Shown one piece after another: positions 13,257 through 26,889 of a DNA stretch of 64,000 nt. How positions within the stretch are numbered: position 1 is the stretch's first letter; every line of letters starts with the position of its first letter. The notes below the pieces were generated by a model that was not told where the DNA came from, did not search any database, and saw only the letters and a program-made list of their open reading frames with translations. The stretch is from Octopus sinensis (Eukaryota): the NCBI RefSeq assembly GCF_006345805.1, contig NC_042998.1:40982001-41046000 (forward strand). Direction: 5' to 3'. A program made the translations under genes and the position numbers.

Positions 13257-13419
13257 AACACTATCTTAGAAAAAGCTTGGAGTTTTCAAAATCTTCCTCT
13301 CATTTCCTATAAATTTGTGGCTTTGTACCTAATTTAGAAATCAATTGGCTTTTCTTGCCAATTTGGCACATATACTGACTCTTATTTTTATAGCCTCATT
13401 ATTATCATTTGGTATCATC

Positions 13420-13625
13420 ATCATCGTTTAACATCCGTTTTCCATGCTGGCATGGGTTGGACGGTTTGATTGCATCAACCGCATTCAGACAGTGCTTTTT
13501 ACATGCCACCAGCAGCCAGTCGGTAGCACTGGCAACGACTCACGCATGAATGGTGCTTATTGTGTGCCACCTGCACGGAAGCCAGTAAGGTGGCACTGGC
13601 ATCAGCCACAATTACAATTTCCATT
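13420..13625 (-). mobile_element. Degenerate RTE 3'-end copy
   Basis: catcatcatcgtttaacatccgttttccatgctggcatgggttggacgg. Confidence 0.75.
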
Positions 13626-13829
13626 TTGATTTCAATTTTATTGAGATTCTGATCGTGATTTTGATGTGTATTCATATTATCAACGCTTTAGGAGTTGTTT
13701 TTGATGATTCATTCCAGTGAATTTTTTTGTAAGTAGCTTCTCTTCTGGATAGTTTACTTTTCTGTAAAAGACTGTAATAAGTAATACATATCACACCAGT
13801 GAAGAGTTAAGGGGTGAAAGAAAGTTAAA

Positions 13830-14300
13830 ATAGGTGGTATAAGAGTAGGTCAGCTTGAAGAAGAGCTGGATATGTTGTCTGTATGTCATAGAAATAGGGT
13901 TTCACTCTATGGGTACTGGGAGAGAGAGAGAGAATGTGGTAAGTGCCACCTATTACAAGTGTAAAGTTACATTAAGCAAGTAATTGAGTTGGGTGGAATA
14001 TGTCCATACATCTCTTCTATGGTCTTGTACTCATGCCAGGAGATAGTTTAAGCCCCTGGGTGCTTGTGTTATTGAAGCAATCTTGACAAGCTCTCTGGAG
14101 GAAAAAAAAAATGCTCTCTATATTTGCCCTGAAGAAGGTCATCTTTGTTGATTTGCACATAAACTAATTGCCAGATGTTTTGAAACTTGTTGCAGGCACT
14201 CCAGACTTGTCTTTTGCTTGTCAAAGAACCTTTCTTACTTTAAGCAATATAGGATCCAAGATACTTGAAATCACTGACCTCTGAGTTCTGTGCCAATGTT
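13830..14300 (-). pseudogene. Decayed LINE RT C-terminal remnant (different RTE-like family)
   Basis: Minus strand VSDFKYLGSYIA..VWSACNKFQNIW..KMTFFRANIESI. Confidence 0.6.
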
Positions 14301-15493
14301 GTAACAAAATTGGCAGGTACTTTTCATCATTATTAATATCAGATGTTATATTTTGGAGATTTTACACCCTTATAGAAAATGAAGACCACTCAACTATATT
14401 GATGTTAGTGTGAAATTGAGAACCTACCACTGCTGATGAAGTACAGAAATTCCTTGTGTTTTATGATGTGGTGAAATACATGTTGGTTGTGGTTGCTTGA
14501 ATAAGAATAAGCAACAGTTATTTAATATGAAATTTAAAACAGAATGGTCATAAATAATACAAGTACAGTAAAGCAGCCACAGGCATAGCAATATGATTAA
14601 GAAATTTGTTTTGCTGCTATTTAGTACCAGGTTCCGTTGCACTATGTAACAACTTACACAAATGTATTTTACCATGGCCTCATGTTGCTACTGCCTTGAA
14701 TTGAACTTGGTTGACAGACACTGAACAGATGCCTGTGGTATATGTTTGTGTATAGCTTTTGCCAATGTATATTCACGAAAAATGTAAAATGTGATAAACT
14801 GGTGCTTTTAAATACAATTCCTTTTGTATTTTTTCTTGTTGCTCAGACATTATCTTGTGTCATAAATGCAGTGAACCAGTGATTGGACTTTTGAAACATT
14901 TAAGCATTGATGTCATGATCATAAAATATAATTTAACATATAAATATAATTTTCATTTTCTATTCTTTATGATATAGAAATGATACAGAAATAGTACCTA
15001 TTTTATTTCAGTTATAAGATCGTTTATAAGCCTATAACTATAGTTGTTCAGTCTCATTAGTAATCTTTTGAGGTCATGAGGAAGCTATAAATTTATGAAC
15101 GGCTAACTTAATGGTGGTTCTAGTTCAGATGTGTTCTCAATAAGTTGTATTCCATATGCTGTATTCACTTATTTATGTGAGCCATTTCTAGGAAATTGCA
15201 TATGAACTGAATGTGTAACAGTAATTTTTAATTTCAATAGTGATCTTTTATTGAAAGGTTCAAAGTATACTACTGCTTGTCCAAGGTGAATACCAAGAGT
15301 GTTACTGAAAAATTGTCTTTTCTATTACAAATTATTTCATTCTAGCTCCTTGAAATCAGCATTAGCAACATAAGTTCCTTTAGATTGGATCATTTACTTG
15401 GTTCAAGATGAATTTAACAACTACATTATCACACCTGCACAATATAGTTTCAACTTTTAGCTTAATTATAGATAAAAACCAGATTAAAAACAT

Positions 15494-16318
15494 TATGAAA
15501 TTTTGATACAATATAAAGGACATAATGGAAATTATGCACAAGTCAAATTTTGCAATATCACTACTTTCATCATCATCATCGTTTAATGTCCGTTTTCCAT
15601 GCTGGCATGGGAAAAATGACATTGCTTAAATGGCAGCCATTTTCGACTTCACACTCCCGTGCTCTTTCCAAAACTTGTACTTCAAGAGTTTCAGATCCCC
15701 ACTTCTCTGATCTCTCTATTGATGTTCTCCTTCAGTTGCACCAGGGTCTCCAGTTTGTTGACGTAAACCCTCTCATTCAAGTATCCATGATTGAGACCCT
15801 TTTGTGCCTGGCCATTCAAAGTAGACCTCATACATGGTTCCAGCAAGATGGGGCAACTGCTCATATTGCAAGAGAAACAATGCAGTTGCTATGGCAATGC
15901 TTTGGAGAGAGAATAATCTCCCGCTATGGCAACATCAATTGGCCTTCACATTCCTCCAACTTGACTAGCCCGGATTTTTCTCTTGTGGGGATACCTGAAA
16001 GAGAGGGTTTATGTCAACAAACTAGAAACTCTGGTGCAACTGAAGGAGAACATCTATAGAGAAATCAGAGAAGTGGAGTCTGAAACTTTGGAGGGTGTTA
16101 TGGTACAAGTTTTGGAAAGAGCACTGGTGTGCAAAGCCGAAAATGGATGTCATTTTTCATATGAGATGTAGTGATGTAGTGGTGTTGCACAATTTGACTT
16201 GTGCATATTAATTTCCATTATGTCCTTTATACTGTATCAAAATTCCATGCCTTCATTTGTAAAGTTAAGGAAGTTATTAAAGATTGAAACCCATCAGTGA
16301 CTTTTGGGACATCCTGTA
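15494..16318 (+). mobile_element. Tc1/mariner remnant with long internal inverted duplication
   Basis: WFQQDGATAH..WPSHSSNLTSPDF / WGYLKERVY..GCHF; right end cttttgggacatcctg-TA; 15494-15787 is an inverted copy of about 15986-16250. Confidence 0.88.
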
Positions 16319-18201
16319 TTTTATTGAACCAAGGAGGATATAAAGCAAAGTGAATGCAACAGTGATTTGAATGAAGAATGTAGCAAATATTGTAAGACAT
16401 TTTGTCCCATGTTGTGGGTATAAAAATTCATGTACTCATATTTGTATGATTGCAGTCTTTATTCTAAAGAGCAATAATCAATTTGATAAAATAACTTGTA
16501 ATTATAACTTTTGTTTAGTCTAAATAAATGGATATTGCTTAGAGTACATTAGTTTGGGCTTTGTTGATTCTGGAAATAAGATTTTGCCTTCATTCATGAA
16601 TACATGGCTAAGTATTAGAATAGGGATATGAATCTTATCTTGTTTATAAAATTGAGTTTAGCTGTTTATTTATGCATCATGAATGTTGAAAAAGAGAGGA
16701 GTTAGCAATTGAGTCAAGGAAAGGGTGAACACAGAGGGAGTAAGAAAAGGAGGAAGTCTCTCTGCCTTCCTCTCTTTGTCCGCTATTTCTATTTCTTATA
16801 TCCCCTCATGCTCTCATATATTTAGTTATATACCAACCACTCTATGGGGAAATGTTTAATAATTATAAAACTAATTAAATTTATCTTCAATTAGCAAGTT
16901 AGTTTCATAAATTGATGTAATAGCTAGAACAGCATCACCATTTCTAAGGAAGTTCTAAATTTATACTGAATTGTAAAGAACTAGAACAAATATGACAAGA
17001 GGTGACATAGTGCCAAAAAATGGGAATCCTACATGTAGATTCTGCCAAAATAACACCCAGAAGCCATCAAGGAAGCCTTTATATAGCATTTCAGCCTGTT
17101 AGATATAACAGCTAAATCTTGCACCAATCACACACTACTGTCTTGAATATAGTGTGTATGTTGTTGTATGATAGTTATTTCAATAGTGTGTGCTCCTTCT
17201 CACAAAAGTTGTATGTAATGAATCTATTTACACAAGATGATGTATACAAGCATGAGAAAAACAAAAATTGTGAATGAAAACAACGGTGGGAACACTTTTT
17301 CCTCATTAATAATCAATTAATTTATGCATACACATATATCTTTCTCTGGTTATAATACAGAAAAGATACTTCCAAGCACACTCCGACCTCTGACCCACAG
17401 ATATGCTGTTTCCTCATTCTGCTTTTTTATTGCAACAACAATGACTTCTGTTCCTTGACCATCTGGCTGGTCACATGCCTCTTCCACTCATATACTTTTG
17501 ACTGTTTCATCCCTCATCTCATCATCATCCTTATGGTGTTTAAACCCACTCATTCCCAAGCCCTGCATAAACCACTACTTTCAGAGTTTCTGTCCTGAAT
17601 TTTGGCCCTCTGGAATTGCCTCTTTGTGCATCACTTTCCTGCATCCAATGACTTACAACTGTTTAAAGCAGGATGTTATAGACAGCTGCTGCAAAGGCTT
17701 TGGACACAGACCTTTTCTCTAGAGTAATTTAATGAAAATGAAAAAATAAAATAAATAAGAAAAGAAATTTAAGTAGCTCAGTTAACTGGAAATATTTCTG
17801 TGATTTATATTAATTAACTAATATAATTTGGTAATTGTAACTGTGTTGGTGCATGTGGCCTGCATCTGCTTAAATTGGTAGCAATATCAACTTCAATGCC
17901 ACAAGTATAGGCAAATAGTTTTAAGGCCTTAAGTTACGTAGATACTAATTTCTTTCTTTTGATGCTCTGTATTCCAGCTTATACACCTGCAGTATATCTA
18001 ACATTTTAACTATATGACTATTTTATATGCAGTACTTTTTTTTATAGATTATTTTTATTATTGAATTGAAACTCACATCAGCATGAAGTTAATCAACACA
18101 ATGGTAGTTGTGTTTAGGTTATTTGAGTATTATGTTTTTTTTTCTCTCTGAAATATTTTTATGTTTACTCATTTCAATATTTATTAACACTATTTTTTCA
18201 G

Positions 18202-18383
18202 GAATTTATGCTTGATCTTACAAAGCATCAAGACAGTGTAGGGAGTGTTCTCAAAGAAGGCACTGATTTGATAAACGATAAGAAAGTCAACAAAGAAGAA
18301 GAACATGAAATTAGAATACAAATGGCATTGTTGAATAACCGCTGGGAAGAGTTACGCTTAAAAGCATTGAGTCGTCAAACAAA
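18202..18383 (+). CDS. DMD: Dystrophin exon (spectrin repeat 1)
   Basis: ttttcag| ... |gtaagc; EFMLDLTKHQDSVGSVLKEG...QMALLNNRWEELRLKALSRQT; 182 nt, phase 0-2. Confidence 0.96.
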
Positions 18384-19054
18384 GTAAGCTTTGTGCATGT
18401 GCGTGTGTATGTGTATTTATGCTTTGAGCATGTGTTTATACTTTTATTGTGTGTATGCATATGTTTGATATTATGTACCACCTTGTAACAATTCTGTGGT
18501 AATTATATATTCTTATCACTTAACTTAACCACCTGTCCTTCAGAGTCTTTATAATTAATATGCACTTCATCCATCTTTTGAATCTACTATAGCTTTGACT
18601 CCTCATTTAAAATAATTTTGAAAGCAAATAGAATATTAAAATTAATTTAGGCTCAGCTTACAGAGTTCATTAAAATGCACTGTCTTTATACATCTTTATT
18701 CATATCTGACTGGTTTGAGTTTGGATAATTCCATTTCAATGTGTAGGGATATGATAAAGAGAACATTATTGTCAATTGTTTGTAATGAGAAAACACTATC
18801 AGTGACCTACCATAATATGCATCAAATGGGTCTAATTGCTGTAAATAGTGATATTACTTAGGTGGCAGTTATTATACAGAATCTAACATGGTATCAAGCA
18901 TAATTTTCACCTTGCACTGAGTTACTTATGGGATATTTAGAATTCAAGCTGTAATTACTGCCAAAGGTGGTCCTACCCCATATTAAAATTAATTTGTTTG
19001 AAATTTTAAGGTGTTTCCAATATTTTGTCCGACCTCTATATATATCTGTGTGTG

Positions 19055-19085
<31 letters not shown>

Positions 19086-20023
19086 ATGTGTGTGTGTGAG
19101 AGAGAGAGAGAGAGACAGTGACCCAACATAATTTATGTGGATAATCTTTCACAGCAGATTCACTTTATTTTTGACACCTGCACTTGTTTTTTCTTTAATG
19201 TACAATGTATATTTACACAATGTGTTTGTTTGTGTTCACTTGTATCTATTTATTTGTATACTTGTATTACAATTAAAACATTAGTTAACTCTCATACCTA
19301 TGTTAAGTTATACAGTGCGATCAAATATCAGTATAAGCACAACCATAGATTACAAAGGCACAATTATACCTTGTCTATATGTGCATATTTTTGTCTTTAT
19401 GCTTGTGAACATGTGGATGTACATATATTTTTCATTTGTGTTTATGTAGGCATTTATATATGTATGATGATACTGATGCATACACACATACACTCACAGA
19501 CACACACATACACAATAGCAGAGATACCCAGCCTTTCTCGGGATTAAAATGGCATAGTTTCTTTATTGTTTTACTTGTTTCAATTATGCGACTGCAGCCA
19601 TGCTGGAGCACTGCTATTGGTTGAACAAATCTACCACAGGATTTATTCTTTGTAAGCTTAGTACTTATTCTATCAGTGTCTTTTACCGAACTGCTAAGTT
19701 GTGGGAATGTAAACACAGCAACATTGGTTGTCAAGCAATGGTGGGGGTACACACGCATGCACACACACACACACACACAAATATACACATATATACAACA
19801 GTTTTCTTTCAGTTTCTATGTACGAAATCCACTCACAAGGCTTTGGCGGCCTCAGGTTATAATATATGTAACTCCATATATATTCACATACACATATATA
19901 TCTACATGTGTATGTATGTGTGTATATGTATATATATATAGATGGGGCAGCCATCTGGTTTGCCAGACCCCAGTCAAATCATCCAATGCTAGCATGGAAC
20001 GCGGATGTTAAATGATGATGATG

Positions 20024-20107
<84 letters not shown>

Positions 20108-20353
20108 TATTACTCTTTTACTCTGTTACTTGTTTCAGTCATTTTGAGTGTGGCCATGCTGGAGTAGCACCTTTTACATGAAGAAATTGACCCCTGGACT
20201 TATTCTTTGTAAGTCTGGTGCTAATTCTATCAATATTTTCTGCTAAGCTGCCTAGTTATAAGGACATAAACACGCCAACATTGGTTTCTAAGCAATGGTG
20301 GTGGTGGTGATGGGGAATCAAAAACAGAGACGAATACACACACATAAAAATAT

Positions 20354-21343
20354 CTTGCTCAGAGTAAAAGGCAGCCGGTATGACGCATGTGTACGAACAG
20401 CTATGCTACATGGCAGCGAAACATGGGCCATGAATGAAGCCAGTATGCTCCGAAGGATGCGTAATGTCAGTGTACCTACTCGACAGAGTGTAAGTACCTT
20501 GAGAGAAAAGTTGGACCTCAGAAGCATCAGATGTGGTGTGCAAGAGAGACGACTGTGCTGGTATGGGCATGTGGCGAGAATGGATGAGGATAGCTGTGTG
20601 AAAAAGTGCCACACCCTAGCAGTTGAGGGAACATGTGGAAGGGGTAGACCCAGGAAGACCTGGGATGAAGTGGTGAAGCACGACCTTCGAGCATTAGGCC
20701 TCACCGAGGCAATGACTAGTGACTGAGACCTTTGGAAATATACTGTGTTTGAGAAGACCTGGCAAGCCAAGTGAGACCATAACCTCGTGGCCTATGCCAG
20801 GGGTGTAACCAGCCCACTTATGCGTACCTTTCCTTCATTGGACACTAAATTCTGCTTGCGAAGACCTGTTGAGACAAGTGAAATTGAAATCAAATTTGAT
20901 GATTGGCATCCGTGCTAGTGGAGTGCTAAGAGTACGATCTGAGTGTGATCGTTGCCAGAGCAGCTAACTGGCTTCCGTGCCAGTGGAACATAAAAGGCAC
21001 CATTCGAGCGTGATCATTACCAACATCGCCTTACTGGCACGTGAAAAAACATTCAACTGAGGTCGTTGCCAGTGCCGCTGGACTGGCTCCTGTGCAGGTG
21101 GCACGTAAAAAAACACCACTTGAGTTTGGCCATTGCCAGTACGCCTGACTGACTCTGATGCCGGTGGCATGTAAAAGCACCCACTACACTCTCAGAGTGG
21201 TTGGTGTTGGGAAGGGCATCCAGCTGTAGAAACTCTGCTAGATCAAGATTGGAGCCTGGTGCAGCCATCTGGCTCGCTAGTCCTCAGCCAAATTGTCCAA
21301 CCCATGTTAGCCTGGAAAGCTGACATTAAACGATGATAATGAT
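20354..21343 (+). mobile_element. 5'-truncated RTE LINE copy (second subfamily)
   Basis: LRVKGSRYDACVRTAMLHGSETW...RGRPRKTWDEVVKHDL matches the ORF2 C-terminus; 3' UTR and gat tail run into (TA)n. Confidence 0.93.
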
Positions 21344-21362
21344 ATATATATATATATATGTG

Positions 21363-21536
21363 TGCACGTAAAAGCACCCCCTACACTCTCGGAGTGGTTG
21401 GCATTATGAAGGGCATCCAGCTGTAGAAACTCTGCCAGATCAGATTGGAGTCTGGTGCAGCCATCTGGTTCACCAGACCTCAGTCAAATCATCAAACCCA
21501 TGCTAGCATGGGAAGCGGACATTTGATGATGATGAT
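21363..21536 (+). mobile_element. Short 3'-end copy of the RTE family
   Basis: aaagcacc..gggcatccagctgtagaaac..catgctagcatgg..(gat)n. Confidence 0.88.
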
Positions 21537-21554
21537 ATATATATATATATATAT

Positions 21555-21833
21555 ATCATCATCATCATCATCATCGTTTAGCGTCCGTTTTCCATGCTAG
21601 CATGGGTTGGACGGTTCTACTGGGGTCTGTGAAGCCAGAAGGCTTCATCAGGCCCAGTCTAATCTGGCAGTGTTTCTACGACTGGATGCCCTTCCTAACG
21701 CCAACCACTCCGTGAGTGTAGTGGGTGCTTTTTACGTGCCACCCGCGCAAGTGCCAGACAGAGCTGGCAAACGGCCACGAACGGATGGTGCTTTTTATGT
21801 GCCACTGGCACGAGGGCCAGGCGAGGCTGGCAA
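21555..21833 (-). mobile_element. Young 3'-end copy of the intact LINE
   Basis: Reverse complement is about 97% identical by eye to 49490-49763; lies between (TA)n tracts. Confidence 0.93.
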
Positions 21834-21870
21834 TGATATATATATATATCATGATATATATATATATATC

Positions 21871-21909
<39 letters not shown>

Positions 21910-22239
21910 TTAATGTATACATTTTTTTCTAATCCTTCAATCCCTCTGCCCCCTACCCGTCTCTCCTCCTTCCACGTGACAGTGCCCGGCCGGTCATAAT
22001 CTTTCTCTCTTGGCTTTATTGGCCACTGCCAACACCTCTTATGTCCATGTCCTATGTTCCAGCCTATGTCCAATGTTCCAATTCATACACGCCAGCTCAA
22101 TTTGATGCGTTCTCAGTCGAAAGACGCCTGTTGTTATTTCTTGTTGTTTGTAATCATAATTGTGTACCATGTTCTCCCTTTTTTGTTTGTTTTTTTTTTG
22201 TTGCTGTTACCATACACATTTACTAGCTTTCTTACAAAT

Positions 22240-23127
22240 AAATTTACTATGTTTCGTCATACACTTATTGAAAGATATTTTAAAGTGATTTTGTAGTGTA
22301 AAACCTATGGTTGTGTGTAAATTCAATTTTATGAAAGTATACTGGAATAACCTACCACAGCTGTATGGGATGGAGTACACGCAGTCTTTGTTCATATTCT
22401 TTTCTAATGGTGGTTTTACTCAAAGGAGATATTTGCGAAGTGTTGTATTACTCTTGAATACTGTCCTAATGTCATATGGACCACATATCTTTTGCAGCTT
22501 TTTGGAGAGGCCTTTCACATAGGGTTGGCAGACTGTGGACAGTTTTTTGGTTTCATCCACTTTTTTCTTCATAATTGGAATGGATAGTATGTTTTTGGCG
22601 TAGTTATTGCTTAATAGATTGTTATTGAACTTGATCATTTCTTTGTGGTGTGTATCATGATCACTACTTATATTCTTTGAACAATGTTTTAGGCACTGTA
22701 CAATCCCTTTCTTTACACTGTATGGATGATGGGAATTGAAGTTGAGGTATCATCCAGTGAAGATTGGCTTGTGGTATATGGATGTCCTGAATCCATACTT
22801 GGTGCATGTTATTGATACATCCAGGAATGCTAGCTGATTGTCTTTTTCCTTTTCCACTGTGAACTGTATGGATGGCTTTATTGAGTTCACATGATCTAAC
22901 AGCACTTGGACATCTTCCTGGTTGGGCCAGAATATAAAGGTGTCATCAATATACAAAGAGTTGTGTTAAACGACAAACAAGATGAGGACAAATATCTACC
23001 AAATGTAAATAATGTAAATAAATTTACTGTTTCATCACACACCTATTGAAGATATTTTAAAGTGATTTTGTTGGGTAAAACCTATGGTTATGTGTAAATT
23101 CAATTTTATGACAGTATACTGGAATAA
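22240..23127 (-). mobile_element. Penelope-like element remnant with about 110-nt direct repeats
   Basis: YIDDTFIFWP..NSIKPSIQFTVEKEKDNQLAFLDV; QPYVKGLSKKLQKICGPYDIRTVFKS; CVYSIPYSCG (GIY-YIG start); repeats at 22240-22350 and 23021-23127. Confidence 0.85.
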
Positions 23128-23376
23128 AGTAGGAAACTGTAAGTTTATCATAAATAATCTAGGTTACGAGATTACCATATTTCAACTTTATCTTCTTTCA
23201 GGCCAACTCTATAGTTGTTTATATTTTAGTCTAGAGAATTGTCATACAGGATGTAAAACTTGTATTTCTGGCTGTAAGATTTTGTATAACTTCAGCTGAT
23301 TATCAAGGTGAGGCACTATAGTTTTGTTGTAATCCACTCATTGCAAAGAACAAATAGAGAAAATTTTCAGTTAGAT

Positions 23377-24529
23377 CAGTGGTTCTCAACCAGGCTCCAT
23401 ATAAGATTTTATTGTTAAAATTTATGTGCAATAAGTTGTGTGTGGCAGGTGCACACAGGTAGTAAACACCGAAAATGTACAGAAAACAGATTCCATCACA
23501 TGCTGGGTGGGGGAAAAAACTAAAAGAAGTTGGTAGCTTTTGTTACCTAGGTGACCAAGTCAGTAGTGAATGCTCTGAGAGCATAGCTGTTAGGATAAGA
23601 ATAGCCTGAGCAAAGTTCAGAGATCTCCTACCTCTGCTGGTTACAAAGGGCCTCTTGCTCAGATTGAAAGGTAGACTGTATGTGTGTGAACAGCCATGCT
23701 ACATGTCAGTGAAACATGGGTTGTGACTGCTGTGGGCATGTGTAGGCTTGAAAGAAATGAAGCTAGTATGCTCTGTTAATGTGTGATGGCAATATGCATA
23801 CACGGCAGTGTAAACACCCTGAAAGAAAAGTTGGGCATAAGAAGCATCAGATGTGGTGTGCAGGAGATATGACTGTGCTGGAATGGTCATGTGTTGCATA
23901 TGGATGAGGGCAGCTGTGTGAAGAAGTGTCACACCCTAACAGTGGAGGGAACCTGTGGAAGAGGTAGATCCAGGAAGACATGGGATGAGGTGATGAAGCA
24001 CAACCTTTGAACGTGGGGCTTCACAGAGGCAATGACAAGTGACTTGAGACCTTTGGAGAAGATCTGGCAAGCCAAGTGAGATCGTAGCCATGGCCAATGC
24101 CAGTGTCACATGACCAGCCCATTTAAAAGTACCCTTCAATTGTCAGGCAATATGCTGTGCTTGAAAAGATCTGTTGAGTCAAGTGAAATCGTTGTCATGG
24201 CCAATGCTAGTACAACCTGACTGGCACCAATGCCAGTGGCACTTACAAAGCACCATTCAAGCATGGTTGATACCAGTGCTGCCTGACTGGCCCCCATGGG
24301 TAGTGGTTGATGTTAGGAAGGGCATCAAGCTGTAGAAACCTTGCCAGCTCAGATGGGAGCATGGTGCAGCAGCTTCGTGGCTTGCCTGACCTCAATCAAA
24401 CTGTCCAACCCATGCCAGCATGGAAAGTGGACGTTAAACAATGATAATGATGATGAGTATGAGGGTCCAGTAGAGTAAAATAGGAATTAAAGGGGTCCAT
24501 AGGCAAAAAAAAATGGTTGAGAACTACTA
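23377..24529. mobile_element. hAT (Charlie-like) MITE
   Basis: TIRs cagtggttctcaacc / ggttgagaactacta; exact 8-bp TSD agttagat at 23369-23376 and 24530-24537. Confidence 0.85.
23445..24455 (+). pseudogene. Decayed 5'-truncated RTE copy nested in a hAT MITE
   Basis: Frameshifted ORF2 remnants (..FCYLGDQVSS, RIA*AKFRDLLPLLVTKG, RGRSRKTWDEV) plus 3' UTR and tail. Confidence 0.88.
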
Positions 24530-26889
24530 AGTTAGATAATTATAAACTGTTTCTTAAAGGTAACAGTCATTAAATAATGTGAGACATATATCAGGTGTGG
24601 GTTATGTATGCCAAGGAAAATGGCATAATGAGATGAAGTAACCTCCCAACATAACTAAGCAATTTTTCATAAGTTTGTGTTATGTCTGTGATAATTTAGC
24701 TTGTTTTTAATTTTATTTTGAGTAACAATTATTGTACCTTGCAGAATTCTGCTCATCTGGCTTCCTAGACTATAGAGTTCAATTTCTTATCCATAAAATG
24801 GTTGTATTAGATGCAGGACAATTTTTGGATACATTAAAAATAAAAGTATGCTTTGTATGCTGTTAAATATGGTAACTTTTACCTATATAATTTAGCTTGA
24901 TAAATGCCTTGCGTGAAACTCAAGACTTAGTCATTTTTATAACTTTACATTTAATAAATATTTGTGTGTATGTATATATGTATATATAGAAGGTTCAACA
25001 AATATGTGAATATCTCATTTAAACAGTGTATCTCTAAGTTGACAATGTTGTATCCATAGCTGTAAATTAATATGTTTCTCAAAACTTCCAACATTTTTAT
25101 ATGTAAAGCAACTCATTTTCTCACTTCTAAGTTCAAAGTGTCTTATGTGATGGAAAAGTAACTGATAGTTACTTTAGTATAAAATGGTTAGCATATATGT
25201 TATAAGGGTACTAAAAGATGCATGGTTGAAGTCTTGCAGGAAGCCTTTGACCTTTTCTTTCTTCCAAGGGGTTTTTAACCCAATAAATTATAAGCTATTA
25301 TTTATATAGCTGTGTGGTTAAGAAGTACACTTTGGAATCATGTGATTAGAGGTTCAATCCCACTGCATTGATGTTGTTGGCTGATTTCATCTATTATAGA
25401 TGTGGATTGACCAATACTTTTGTGATTGAAATTTGTAGAAAGAAACTGAAGAACCCATCATAAGTGTGTACAAGTGAATTTGTATTTTCTCTTGTGTTGT
25501 CACGCACAGACAAAAACCTTGCTTGTTTGCAATTCTTCAAAAGACTGTCAGAACTGTCCATTGTTCAATAGGCCTTGCTTAGAAATAGGTGAGGGTTCAG
25601 GTCAGGAAGAGCCTCTGGCCATAGGAAAATCTACCTCATTACTGACTCATTTCACCAATGCAAATATGGAAAAGTAGACATTAAAATGATGGAGTGTGTG
25701 GTTAAGGAATTTGCTTCCTAATCACATAGTTTCAGGTTCATTCCCACTGCATACCACCTTCTACAACTGTCTTCTATAACCCTGGGTTGATCAAAGCCTT
25801 GTGAGTTGATTTGGTAGATGGAAACTGAAAGAACCCTATTGTGTGTGTGTGTGTGTGTGTGTGTTCATTGTACTTACAGTGTGTGTGTGTGTGTGTGAGA
25901 GAGAGAGAAGGGATGTGTTCATATCTCCTTTTCTTGACATCATGTTATAGTTGTAAACAAGTGTCGCCATCATACAAGTGAGTGGTGTCCTTCATTTCCA
26001 GTCCTCTGCAAAAACATGTCTGACAATGGGGAAATATTACCATGCTTGGAAACAGATAAGGATTACTGACAGAAAGGATATCTGGCTGTAGAAAATCATT
26101 CAAAAGTGTGTTTGAATGTTGTCTCCATGTGTTCACATTTTTTATGTTCTCTACATTAAATATATCATCATGAACTTAATGGTTGATTTTTAATTGGATA
26201 GTGTTGCTCTGTGATATTATAAACAGTGTGCAAGAATATGCATGATTCTAACCTGTCCCAAAACAAATTGAAAATCCCAATTTTCTTTTTAGTAAACTGG
26301 TGTTTTCTTTGCACTTATATCCCTGAAATTGTTTTAGAGCAGTGCTATTAACGCTCTTTCTGTCTGTCTGTTCATCTATCCATCTGAATGAATGAATGAA
26401 CAAACAAAGCATTTCTCTGTCGTGGCTTTTGGTTGTTCAAGCATGTAATTTGAATGAAATGTGCATAAATTGACCAAAACCAAGTAGATCACATATATGT
26501 ACAAGTGAGGTCACATTATTTTCCCACCCTTGATCAACAATTGATGTCCCTGATATGTAAAGGAGTGTATTTGTGTGCACTTCTATGTATCTATTGTTTC
26601 TTCATCCACCACTTCACTGAATTTGACTTTTTTTGTTGCTGTCTGTCTGTCTGTCTTTTTCTGTGTCACCCTATCTATGCTCTTTTGTGTTAGAAAAGAA
26701 ATACTGCATAGCAGCTCTATTTGCTAGAAACAGTTGTTAAATCTCCTTCAAATCACAGACAACACAGTCTTAAGAAAAGAAGGACACATTGGATAATATT
26801 AACCCTGATAGATCGAAGACTAGATGGTGACACCTGGAACACCATTTATGCATGTAACTTGGGGCTAAACAGCTACAATGTAGTGTGCA

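Noticed and set aside
15550-16059. 169-aa ORF as a standalone gene
   Set aside because: Chance read-through of a LINE tail, an inverted arm and a transposase fragment
22095-22130. ttgatgcg..tcgaaa hammerhead-like string near the Penelope remnant
   Set aside because: Core mismatched and stems I and III cannot be formed
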